Shown here: positions 49,001 to 58,445 of the stretch, piece by piece
How the letters are laid out: every line of letters starts with the position of its first letter
Numbering within the stretch: the stretch's first letter is position 1
Origin: a virus
Length of the DNA: 64,000 nt
Reading direction: 5' to 3' (one strand)
Virus record (IMG/VR): IMGVR_UViG_3300025732_000023
Span: 34,732 to 98,731 of that record
Program-made: the position numbers and the translations under genes
The notes under the pieces: model-generated
The model's database searches: none
What the model was told of the DNA's origin: nothing
What the model saw: only the letters and a program-made list of their open reading frames with translations

Positions 49001-52000
49001 GAATGATTCCATTTATAGGTCCAAGTAAAGCACCACCAACATTAGTACTGAATCCAACTTCAACAACTTTCATATATTCATTATCAATTTTTATCAAATC
49101 TCTTGGTTGAATTGACGATATGCCACTTAAGTTGAAAGTTGCAATGCCAACAGAGATTGATCCACTATTATATTGAAGTGTATGAGATATTGGGGTAAAT
49201 GTGATTGGTTGCTGTACAATTCCATCCAAAGAAACTACACTCTTTGTAAGTTTCTTTGTCATTTCAAGTTCATGGGCATTTCCAAGACCTGCACTTGTAA
49301 AGGTAACTGCAATTCCTAAATTAGCATAAGATCTTCTGGTTGATAATTTAAATGTGTTTGGTGTTAAAGAAATTGGATATACTACTGATGGTAGTCTATC
49401 AGTGACAACGCCAAGATAATTCGCAGTTGCTCCAATACCCATCGCACTTTGACCAACGCCAATGAATGATGATTTTGGAGTATAAATTAATTCCTCACCA
49501 GTATTGAACATATGGTCGGTGATTGTAAATATTCCAGTTTCAAAATCGACCATAGTAGTGTCGGAAGGATTAAAAACCTTTTTATAGATGGGTCTTCCTT
49601 GGTGAGTTAGATTGAAATTAACTTTGTTCGCTCTCGTTCCATTTATTCCATCATATGCAGATAAGAATACAGTCTGTGTGCTATTACCATATTTTAATGC
49701 TAGTGGAACATTTTCAAAATCACTGAATGTATAGAATACTTCATTAAATGCTTGAACGGTAGTATTAGTATTTGAACTATCTGGATAGAAATTCAAGTAG
49801 AATTCATTACCATTACTTTCACCACCAAAAGTACCAAGTCCAGATATATTATTAACAGAAGCAAATGATCCAGGAACTACAACTATGTCTTCACTACCTC
49901 TCAAAATAGCAACCTGATGAATTGCAGAACTGCTACCAGAAGAAACTCTAACAATGGATGATGAAGAGGAAATAAGATTAGAATCAAAAGTACCAACTCT
50001 AATCGCAGATGTTCCAAATCCAACTGTTGATTCAAGTCTTGCACTTCTTTCAGAACCGTTCGGTTGACCTGGAACTAAAAATCTATATGTTCCTATTCCT
50101 GAACTTGTTGCCGCAAAACCAACAATATTTGCTCTAATATCAACTGGATAAATTTCATCATTTCTAAATCTGAAAGAAACTATTCCAGCGGTAGAATCAT
50201 AAACAGCGGTTACTATACCTATTGCAGATGAACTGTATCCCTGAAGAGTAGTGTCAAAATAATATTCACTCAAATAAGTATTAGAACCATCAAAATCTAG
50301 AACTGCATCGATATAGTTTACTTCTCTTGTAAGCGAGTTTACGACTTCAATATTTGCAAACAATCCATTAAAGTTAGTATTTGTGAATTGTGCAATCGTT
50401 GTTATACTACTCGATGTACCGACACTTGAAATACCAAGTCTATTACTTCCAATTAAATTGATAGATCCAAAACTTTGAGTTCCAATTCCCGAAGATAAAA
50501 ATTCAAAAGTTTTCTTTAAAACTTTTATGTCATGGTCCCTTGTAAATCTATTAGTTGGTGTAAATATTAAAGTTTTTCTTCCAGAACTATCTACATTTGC
50601 ACTGAAATTTCCTAATAGTTCATCTGAATACGTAGTGTATTTTTCAAAAATAATAGAATCTAAGGTCGTTGTTTGTAATACAATCTCACTTAACTGAGAA
50701 TAGTTAGTATCAGGATCTAGAACTTGAATCAAGTATCTAACATGAGTATCTGCTATATCAATTTCATCAATTTCAACAAAAGGATCTTCAAATCCTCTAC
50801 TTGAAAATCTTGAACTAATGTCATCATGAATGATAACTCTATTAGTTCTACATTCCGTGTAGTCAGTTAATTTTCTATTTTGTATCTTCAGATATTTTGA
50901 TCTATCTGGATTTGTTCTGATATCATAATCGACAACATTATCAAAATTATTAATTGTATCAACTCTTTTTTCTTCAATAATATCAAGAACAACTAAACTG
51001 TTCGTTGTTCCAGAAAGACCAATTGCTCCTGTTGAAGATACAATACCAACATCAGCAAAATTTTTCAGACCAGCAGGGTGTATAATGCTATTAACTGGTC
51101 CAGATAATTTATCCCAAGTTATTGGACTCTTAATAGTATAAGATAGGTTTTGATAATAATCATTATCAGGAGTTACTTGATAATCCTCGCTGATTTTACC
51201 AATATCATCAGACCATCCAATATTTTGTTTTGTAGAATATCCAATTTTAAATCTCGAATTGTTACTACTTACCGACACTACATCAGCAATTACTCCACTT
51301 GATGTGCCTCTTATTGTATTCCCTGCCCTTAAATTATATGACCCTGTTACTTTTATAAATTCATCTCTTGATAATTTTACAAAAAGATCCTCTTCGATAA
51401 ATCCACTTCCAGTGTCAACATAAAGTTGTTCGTTCTCTAAAAACTTACCCCTCTTTTTAATAACATTGATGTCCGGATAATGATTCTTGTTTATAATAGT
51501 GGCATATCCAGACTGGAAAGTTTTAGCTATTCCTGGATTTGTCGATAAACCAACACCAAGATCATCTACAACTGCAAAGGACAATACCGCAGGATTGCTA
51601 TTTACATAGGATTTTACTTTGAAGAATCTGTAATCATAATTTTCTGAATTGTAACCAGTTCCATTTGATCCATTTATAAGTTCTATACCCTCTACAAAAA
51701 TTTCATCACCATTTTTAAACAGTGGAGAACTAAATCCAAGTATCGGAGTTGATATTGTGCAAGTTGCAATTCCAGAATTGTCCGTAATAATAGAACTTAT
51801 ACCAACACCATTTGAATTGTTAATTGCAATTATTTTATGTGGATCAGACTTTAATCCATATATGGGTGCAATTTGATTTACTTTTGCAATTGCACCACTA
51901 GGAGTATCCGCAAACAATAAAGATCTATCAACAACTGTTTTAGTCTTTTCATTGAATAGAAGTAAATTTGGAGCATTTACATACCTGGATCCACCAGAAA

Positions 52001-55000
52001 CAATGTCAATTTCCTCAATTGTATCAAAATTATCTAAAGTTACTAATGGAGAAATAAATGCCTGTGGATTTAAAGTATTATCTGATGGATATTCGTAACC
52101 TATTGTTTTAAATCTACTTTCTTTGATTTTTCCAATATTAGTTGATATTGCAACCAAATTAGCATCAGATCCATTTTCACTCGTTACATTAGAAAATTTA
52201 GGAAGTTTTTTAAATCCAAATCCTTCAGATAAAATCTTAACTTTGCCGATAGATCCATTAATTGCTGTTGATGATTTAGTTGAATATTCTAATTTTTCAA
52301 CTTGATCTGGGGCATACATGAGTACAGTTGGGACACTTTCAGGTGAAATTTTAAAACTGTTTGTTGAAATTCCAAATACTGTATATGATCCATTGTATTC
52401 ACTGTTTACATAATTAATTTCGGAATGGTTTGTGAAATAATTGTCAGCAGTGCTAATATACCCAGATTTTTCTAGTGCATAATAAAGTTTTGTAGGAACA
52501 TTTTTACTATATTTAATTGATAGTGATGCTGTTCCAAATCCAACCGTCCCAATTCCAATGACATTAAAATTATTATCATCTCCAGTAGATATAAATTCAT
52601 TCTTAAATTCTCTATCAAGATAGATTTTAAACTTATACCCTCTTAAAGATGGATCCGAAACATTAAATTGTAGTGTAGAATTTTTAACAACATTGATTTG
52701 TGGATTAATCAGACCAAAATTATGAACCGAAGATCCTGTTCCAACAATATTAACTATATTTTCTGTTTGAGTTTTAGTCTCATACAAAGTTTCAGATAAC
52801 TTAAAGGTATTTGTTCCCGTTTTAACAACATAATAAGATCCTGTGGTTAATCCTGATGCTACTTCTACGCTATCATAGAAGATTTTATCACCAGTTTTAT
52901 ATCCATGATTTGCAATAGTTATTGTATTATTGACAGGATTGATTTGTGAAGAGTTAATTCCAATTGAGTTAATGATTAATTTTTTACCAAACTCACTAAA
53001 TCTGACAGATAATGCCGCAGTTGTTCCAAAACCAACAACAGTATTGGGAACAATGTTTAACTTAATCACATCAGATTCGGATAATCCATGAGATTGTCCA
53101 ACACTTATAGTAGAAACCGCCCTATCAATTTGTGCTACAACTTGGTCTAAATTTGTTTCAAATGAATATTCTGAATTATTAGATCCATCACTGTAGAAGA
53201 ATAATCCTTCGCTGTTAGTTGTCAATCCAACTTGAGTTACTAATCCAACGTAATCTTTTCCTCTGTTAATTACGTAAACAGAAGAAGTAGCGTCTGGAAT
53301 TTGGAAAGTATTTAAATTGGACGCATTATCTGCAACAATAAGGGAATCAATACCTGGATAACTAGACTTTTCAAAAGTTAATCTTTGTCCCGTTTTGAAA
53401 GGATGATTTGGTATGTAAATGCTTCTATGTGGAATGGAAACAGTATTTGTTGTACCACCAATTGTGAATGTTTTTGTTACTGCTCCACCTGGAGTTGTTC
53501 CAATCCCAACAGAATCTTTTGCATTAAAGTAAACTAATTTGTTTCTTTCAGAATTAAACTTTTGAGTTTTTACTAAAATTTTAACTTTTTCATTCAGAAC
53601 ATTTAATTGACTTCCAAAAGAGTGTGCCACACCAGTAGTGCCAAATCTCTTCACTCTTATAACGCCATTACTATAATCATTAAGTACTTTTACAATCTCA
53701 TTACCCAAATTTGAATGAATTAAAATACTATTTCCAATAGAAACATTTGGTCTAGAAGTAACAAATATATCTTCAACTTTACCTTCTGGTGCAGAATAGC
53801 TAGTCATAGATCCCGCAAGACCTACTATTTCAGTGCTAAAACCTACTTTTTTAGATCCAAGAAGATTGCCGACCGTAGTTGAAATACTACCAACTAAAAC
53901 AGTATCATTATTTCTTAAATCAAATCCTGATCTGTAATATGCAGAAACAGAGGTTTCATCCTCCCAAACAAGAACACAAGGATAGTATGTTTCTAATTCA
54001 GTTTCTACCTTGGTAATATTTTTACCAATAATTTCAGAAACTTCTGCTCTTAGACCATAACCACCAGTATTTGATTCATCAAAATTAATTTTGTCTCCTA
54101 TCTTGTATCCAGAACCACCATCATCAACTTTAATATCATCTACTGAACCTTTATCAACTGATTCTACTACAGAAACTTGTGGGAACTTTTCATATGGTTC
54201 TACTAAGAAGTCATAACCAGCATACTTATCATTGATTTTGTATGGATAAGTGTTTCTAATAAGACTTGAATTATTAAAATCAAACGATTGATTGAGATAA
54301 GAATTCTCCTCTATGAATGGTGATTTAAATGTATTTCCTACAAAATATGGATAAACAGGCTCTAACTTATTTGATGAAGTACTAGTTGTTACCCCAGCAA
54401 AATATGCATATGTTCCTTTTGGAAACTCTGGTGTCTTACAAAATCTTCCATTACTATCATCCAAATCTCCAATATTTGAATATCTGTAATCTTCAATGAA
54501 AAATCCAACAGGGAAAGATGAAGGTCTATCAAAAATAGAAGATGTGTCTAGAACATATCCAGGATTTATAATTCTAACACCAGATTGAACATTATTAGGA
54601 TCAGAATATCCATATGGTCCATATACAGGATTTCCATCATATGCCCATCCAATAATTGGTGAGTGAGAAACTCCATCATCAGAGTACTTAGATGCTAAAT
54701 CTTCCGAATATCCATAAATTCCATATATTAACGAATCTTCCTCACTGTTCTTAACTAAACTTGAAAAGATTTTTGTATTCTTTGTTCTCGTATACGCCGC
54801 ATATCTCTCTGCATCATTAACTGTAAGATCCCTAACTCTAACATCAAAAATCGCACCAGATCCTCTTGGAACAACCTGGATAGATGTATTTGTTGAGTTA
54901 TATCCAATCCCAGAATTTAATACAACTGCATCTGTAATAGATCCATTTGAAATGACTGGTTTAATGATAGCGCCAGACCCATCACCCTGTACACGAATTT

Positions 55001-58000
55001 CTGGAATTGAATAATAATCATAACCACTACTCAATATTTGTACTTCTGCAATTCTACCATTAGATATAATTGGTTTTAATTCGGCATTTTTTCCATTCTT
55101 AATGGTAATAGTTGGTTTTTTATGTAGATTTAAGATATTTGATCCATATCCAGATCCCTTTTCATACAAGTATGCCCCATCAATATTACCAGTAACTATT
55201 GGAGTAAAATTGAAGCTTCCTGTAAAAGATGATCCATATGAAACATTTGCAGTAACTACAATAGGCGGATATTCAAAAATATGTTGTCCAGATCCAGTTG
55301 ATTGTAAAGTAACAGGTTTCTTTCTAACTAAATCGCCGGTAATTGTGGCACCAACTCCAACATCAATCAATCTAAAACTATTAGAATCAATTACATCAAC
55401 CGAATAGTTATTAAGAGTTGAAATACCTACTATTTCTGTTCCTGTTGTTGAGTACTGTACAATTTCTCCGGTAGAAAATCCATGATTTTCATATGAAATA
55501 TAGTTATATTCTGTTGATATCCCAGAAGAATTAACTCTTAACTTTCTGTGAGTATATCCTGAACCAGAATTTAAAACCTTAATTAATCTTAAAGTTCTTT
55601 TTGATAGAGTTCTAAACTTGTGAATTCCACCAAAAGTAGTTAATGTTGAGAATCCAACAGTATTAATTCCTGAATTATAATCATTTATTGTGTTGAAAAG
55701 TTTTACGGTTCTCGTATTGACAAATTTGGCAATGTATTGACTACCAGATACTAATTGCCCTGTTACAGTATTTGTAGAGTCTCCAAAAGATCCTGTCAGT
55801 ACTGGACTATTTCCATTTTGATTGTAGATAATTGGTTCACCATCATAAAAATTATGCGGTGTTAAAAAGGTAATAGTCTCATCAGTAAGATCTATTCCCC
55901 CACCAACATTGAGGGTTCTACTATCAAATTCAACTTCTCTAAATCTTTCACCCATAATAGGTTCAAGAACACAACCAGATCCATTTCCACCAGTTAATGT
56001 TAATGAAAGAACTTTACTGACATCAAAATCTTGGGGATCCACATAAACATCTTTAACACTACCTGTGATTATTGGTTCAACTAAAGCAGTAGTTCCAGCA
56101 CCGGTAGATATAATGATTTTTGGTGGATTAATAACATCATAATTATTTCCACCATTTAGAACATCAAATTCTTGCAATGGTCCATAATAAATTTTATCGG
56201 TAGACTCTGGATTAGTAATTTCTACACCATCAATTAATATTCCTATCCCGCCTGATATTGTATCTACGGATCTCTTTACCTTTTCGGTAGGATTAATTTC
56301 CACTACACTTAGTGGAAACTTTCTCAGTATTTTATTTGGAGATATATTTCTGTTTTCGTGTTTTACTAGTGTAAATCTATGAGATGAATTATTTGGAGAA
56401 TCTATGTTACCAAAAGCCAAGTAAGGCAGTATAGGATTTCCATCCCTATCAGTTAAGTTTGTTACGTTCAATAATGCTTTTGATTCATATAGTCTTATCT
56501 CATTACTAGCAATTAATTTTACATAATATTTTGATCCATTAGATAAACCTCTCAGTGGGTTAGACGAATTATATACTACAATATCACCATCAATAAATCT
56601 AACATCTGTTGGAAAACTTATGCTAGTATATGATTTAAGATTTTCATTTCTACCTCTAAGGTAACTTTCAGATCCATTTGGGATTAAAGATTCTACCAAT
56701 TCATCAATAATTTCATATGACGGTAGTGAGTTTGATGCAACATATCCATAGTCTTTATCTGTATATACATTTAATACATTAGAAATATAAGAATTATTCC
56801 CACCTACAATGTTTACATTTAAACTACTAGATTTTTTTATTTTTCTTCTTATATCATATTCCACTAGTGGATTTGGTGTAAATCCTGTTATTCCACTTAA
56901 AACAATTTGTCTGAGTTCACTATTAATATCGGTTACTGTGGCGTTCTGGAAAACAATCGTATTGCTATAAGAAACTAAAATATCAACAGTATCGCCAACT
57001 TTAAGGCTAGACTTATCAATTCTACTGTATAAAGTAAATGTTGATCCCGTTATTGATCTTACTTGATATCTAGTGCTTGTATTATAAATCCAAGTATTTG
57101 CAAATATCTCTTTATATGTTTTCTCACTGTTTGGAGGATTTTCGATTATTTCTCCAAGATTTTTTACTGTAATTTCTTCACCCTCTTCTATTAAGGCGCT
57201 GTTATCCAGCTCCATAAAATCAGAAATTACACCAGTAATTCTTAGATCAACTCTTTTACTTGTGTCTCCTTTTTCATAACCATAAATTGTTTCATCAGAT
57301 CTGATATCAGAACCAAGTGGAATTTCAAGGTTAACACCTGAACATCCAAAAAACTGATTGATTGATTTTGAAGTATATTTTATGGTGTTTCCACCAGATA
57401 TTAGATTTAAAATTCCAGACTCTGGAAACCCAATAGTTGAATCGACAGAAATTACAGAAGAATCAACAGGAACATCTTCAAGTACTCTTGTTTTTCCGGG
57501 AACAGTAAAAATTCCTTCAATTAAATCTCTTTCATCGTATCCAATAAAAAGTTCTAATTTATAGAAAGTTTTAGTATCTCTTGTAAAAATTTCAACATTT
57601 GAGACCGATGCGTTTGTATTTGGGTCAGTTGATTTAAATATAGTTTGCCCTTCCAGTTGTAATGGATCTCCAGATATATTTTCAGCAGTAACTACTTCTC
57701 TGCGAACATAGTTTGCAGACGATGGTTTAATTAATCTACTTTCTAAATCAATTACTTGAGCATCTACTCCGTATAAAACTTTGAAAAGAATTTTAACAGA
57801 TTCTTCTGTTCCTTTGGACTGATATAGATCCCTAGCGTGTTTAATGAAGTTTCCTACATCTAAGTCGGAAACAAAATCTGTATTTTCTAACCCAGGAGTA
57901 AATGTATATTTTAATTTCTTATAAAATTCTTGTAAGAAGAGAACACTTAAATTTTTAACAGTGGAACCAGATGTATGGATTGAAGAATCGGTATCTTCGA

Positions 58001-58442
58001 ACACCAAAGACTGCTTACTCGATTCCTCATCCAAATCAAATTTGGACAAGTAGTTATATCCAGTAACTCCACTAAAACCACGAATACAACCAGTAAATGT
58101 ATTTGTTGTTATTCCAGTATAAGTAATAATTTCATTATCAATTTTTAACAATCCATACTCTGATGGAAATCCTTTCGTTGATGTGACAGTAACAATTCCA
58201 GCAGATGCTGAAATATCAGATGTTAATCTTGTTTGTCCTACAATGACTTCTGGAACTAGATTATCAAGTTTTAAATACTGATCTAAATTATCAGCAATAT
58301 CTACATTACCACCCTGAAATTCCTCAGAAATATAGTATTGTTTTAGAAATTCTACTGCTTTTGGAAAATCAGAAACTAAAAATTCTGGAAGTTGACTCTC
58401 AATAATTTTATTGATTTGTACTCTCTTCTCAAAATTCGACAT
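46083..58442 (-). CDS. g7: giant baseplate wedge initiator, gp7-like (4119 aa)
   Basis: QLPEF...FLKQYY, LYQSKGTEESVKILFKVLYG, DNDYYQNLSYTIKS, HPAGLKNF; between g6 and g8. Confidence 0.85.
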   Translation of the reverse strand: MSNFEKRVQINKIIESQLPEFLVSDFPKAVEFLKQYYISEEFQGGNVDIADNLDQYLKLDNLVPEVIVGQTRLTSDISASAGIVTVTSTKGFPSEYGLLKIDNEIITYTGITTNTFTGCIRGFSGVTGYNYLSKFDLDEESSKQSLVFEDTDSSIHTSGSTVKNLSVLFLQEFYKKLKYTFTPGLENTDFVSDLDVGNFIKHARDLYQSKGTEESVKILFKVLYGVDAQVIDLESRLIKPSSANYVRREVVTAENISGDPLQLEGQTIFKSTDPNTNASVSNVEIFTRDTKTFYKLELFIGYDERDLIEGIFTVPGKTRVLEDVPVDSSVISVDSTIGFPESGILNLISGGNTIKYTSKSINQFFGCSGVNLEIPLGSDIRSDETIYGYEKGDTSKRVDLRITGVISDFMELDNSALIEEGEEITVKNLGEIIENPPNSEKTYKEIFANTWIYNTSTRYQVRSITGSTFTLYSRIDKSSLKVGDTVDILVSYSNTIVFQNATVTDINSELRQIVLSGITGFTPNPLVEYDIRRKIKKSSSLNVNIVGGNNSYISNVLNVYTDKDYGYVASNSLPSYEIIDELVESLIPNGSESYLRGRNENLKSYTSISFPTDVRFIDGDIVVYNSSNPLRGLSNGSKYYVKLIASNEIRLYESKALLNVTNLTDRDGNPILPYLAFGNIDSPNNSSHRFTLVKHENRNISPNKILRKFPLSVVEINPTEKVKRSVDTISGGIGILIDGVEITNPESTDKIYYGPLQEFDVLNGGNNYDVINPPKIIISTGAGTTALVEPIITGSVKDVYVDPQDFDVSKVLSLTLTGGNGSGCVLEPIMGERFREVEFDSRTLNVGGGIDLTDETITFLTPHNFYDGEPIIYNQNGNSPVLTGSFGDSTNTVTGQLVSGSQYIAKFVNTRTVKLFNTINDYNSGINTVGFSTLTTFGGIHKFRTLSKRTLRLIKVLNSGSGYTHRKLRVNSSGISTEYNYISYENHGFSTGEIVQYSTTGTEIVGISTLNNYSVDVIDSNSFRLIDVGVGATITGDLVRKKPVTLQSTGSGQHIFEYPPIVVTANVSYGSSFTGSFNFTPIVTGNIDGAYLYEKGSGYGSNILNLHKKPTITIKNGKNAELKPIISNGRIAEVQILSSGYDYYSIPEIRVQGDGSGAIIKPVISNGSITDAVVLNSGIGYNSTNTSIQVVPRGSGAIFDVRVRDLTVNDAERYAAYTRTKNTKIFSSLVKNSEEDSLIYGIYGYSEDLASKYSDDGVSHSPIIGWAYDGNPVYGPYGYSDPNNVQSGVRIINPGYVLDTSSIFDRPSSFPVGFFIEDYRYSNIGDLDDSNGRFCKTPEFPKGTYAYFAGVTTSTSSNKLEPVYPYFVGNTFKSPFIEENSYLNQSFDFNNSSLIRNTYPYKINDKYAGYDFLVEPYEKFPQVSVVESVDKGSVDDIKVDDGGSGYKIGDKINFDESNTGGYGLRAEVSEIIGKNITKVETELETYYPCVLVWEDETSVSAYYRSGFDLRNNDTVLVGSISTTVGNLLGSKKVGFSTEIVGLAGSMTSYSAPEGKVEDIFVTSRPNVSIGNSILIHSNLGNEIVKVLNDYSNGVIRVKRFGTTGVAHSFGSQLNVLNEKVKILVKTQKFNSERNKLVYFNAKDSVGIGTTPGGAVTKTFTIGGTTNTVSIPHRSIYIPNHPFKTGQRLTFEKSSYPGIDSLIVADNASNLNTFQIPDATSSVYVINRGKDYVGLVTQVGLTTNSEGLFFYSDGSNNSEYSFETNLDQVVAQIDRAVSTISVGQSHGLSESDVIKLNIVPNTVVGFGTTAALSVRFSEFGKKLIINSIGINSSQINPVNNTITIANHGYKTGDKIFYDSVEVASGLTTGSYYVVKTGTNTFKLSETLYETKTQTENIVNIVGTGSSVHNFGLINPQINVVKNSTLQFNVSDPSLRGYKFKIYLDREFKNEFISTGDDNNFNVIGIGTVGFGTASLSIKYSKNVPTKLYYALEKSGYISTADNYFTNHSEINYVNSEYNGSYTVFGISTNSFKISPESVPTVLMYAPDQVEKLEYSTKSSTAINGSIGKVKILSEGFGFKKLPKFSNVTSENGSDANLVAISTNIGKIKESRFKTIGYEYPSDNTLNPQAFISPLVTLDNFDTIEEIDIVSGGSRYVNAPNLLLFNEKTKTVVDRSLLFADTPSGAIAKVNQIAPIYGLKSDPHKIIAINNSNGVGISSIITDNSGIATCTISTPILGFSSPLFKNGDEIFVEGIELINGSNGTGYNSENYDYRFFKVKSYVNSNPAVLSFAVVDDLGVGLSTNPGIAKTFQSGYATIINKNHYPDINVIKKRGKFLENEQLYVDTGSGFIEEDLFVKLSRDEFIKVTGSYNLRAGNTIRGTSSGVIADVVSVSSNNSRFKIGYSTKQNIGWSDDIGKISEDYQVTPDNDYYQNLSYTIKSPITWDKLSGPVNSIIHPAGLKNFADVGIVSSTGAIGLSGTTNSLVVLDIIEEKRVDTINNFDNVVDYDIRTNPDRSKYLKIQNRKLTDYTECRTNRVIIHDDISSRFSSRGFEDPFVEIDEIDIADTHVRYLIQVLDPDTNYSQLSEIVLQTTTLDSIIFEKYTTYSDELLGNFSANVDSSGRKTLIFTPTNRFTRDHDIKVLKKTFEFLSSGIGTQSFGSINLIGSNRLGISSVGTSSSITTIAQFTNTNFNGLFANIEVVNSLTREVNYIDAVLDFDGSNTYLSEYYFDTTLQGYSSSAIGIVTAVYDSTAGIVSFRFRNDEIYPVDIRANIVGFAATSSGIGTYRFLVPGQPNGSERSARLESTVGFGTSAIRVGTFDSNLISSSSSIVRVSSGSSSAIHQVAILRGSEDIVVVPGSFASVNNISGLGTFGGESNGNEFYLNFYPDSSNTNTTVQAFNEVFYTFSDFENVPLALKYGNSTQTVFLSAYDGINGTRANKVNFNLTHQGRPIYKKVFNPSDTTMVDFETGIFTITDHMFNTGEELIYTPKSSFIGVGQSAMGIGATANYLGVVTDRLPSVVYPISLTPNTFKLSTRRSYANLGIAVTFTSAGLGNAHELEMTKKLTKSVVSLDGIVQQPITFTPISHTLQYNSGSISVGIATFNLSGISSIQPRDLIKIDNEYMKVVEVGFSTNVGGALLGPINGIIQAGTAATIPTVSVIRASVGSTATTHSDGANVQVYRGSFNIVGSEIWFSDPPKGNTRSRRDESNLPYVRAQYAGRTFLRSNYDTNMLFDDISDQFTGIGKTYTMTVEGINTTGVSIGNGILFINGVFQTPTTINNSGNNYEFENDNIAGISSVVFTGITSTDGTYIKSDFDINQNQLPRGGLIVSLGSTPGLGYAPLLGAKVRANLDGSGSIVSITGISHTGPGQSISTASYNNQTGIIEITTTADHNYVGGDRIKLVGLGFTCPSGAGIVSYFPSAGLDYSYDITGIISARTFSANVGTSTLPHSYIGFGTVFPWYDLTEGSGYRGPVSIAVTDPNHSGVEASITAVVGAGGTLGFIINSGGSGYVEPYIRIPEPIYENLEVIGVSRAGIGSTTETGSNLLLNVSIGPSPSNVGIGSTLFLVNSFQIARPGYAFRVGDVFKPVGLVTAKGLSEPISEFKLEVVETFQDYFSSWSFGEMNYIDSTATLQNGSRTRFPLIYNGQLLSFEVDPNNPLSSAINLDAVLLIFVNGVIQEPGYAYRFLGGTSFEFTEPPKSSDKVDIFFYLGQNGVDITIIDINETIKIGDDVFVLKNPYYPSIPSQDRDRIILDVVGSDTVETDNYVGFGINESNYRPIEWIKQKVDRYIKGDVVYKSRDSIEPFIYPTARIIGDVNDGNTEIFVDNAQFFNFEENNYGITISSFDGLVVDVNDPVSVAFTATVSAAGTISNITITNPGLGYSTSSIPVKLSAPPLIGVGVGTTATAEASISNGSIVSVTITNPGLGYTIAPQVIAEIPKARKETIKGIANVQGFSGIITGISTTTGTGGHPLALKINFRANASDANDLQVGYPILVYNTTIGTGVTSVNSGDASIVGIGTSFLDNVYIVNSKINFGPNAEIICNIHTNSNTVGIATTMGGNISWGRLYNFTTRTNPISIGVTGLVVDSGLSTFPTIQRRTFGLRNSGAIRKLSNLP

Positions 58443-58445
58443 ATT

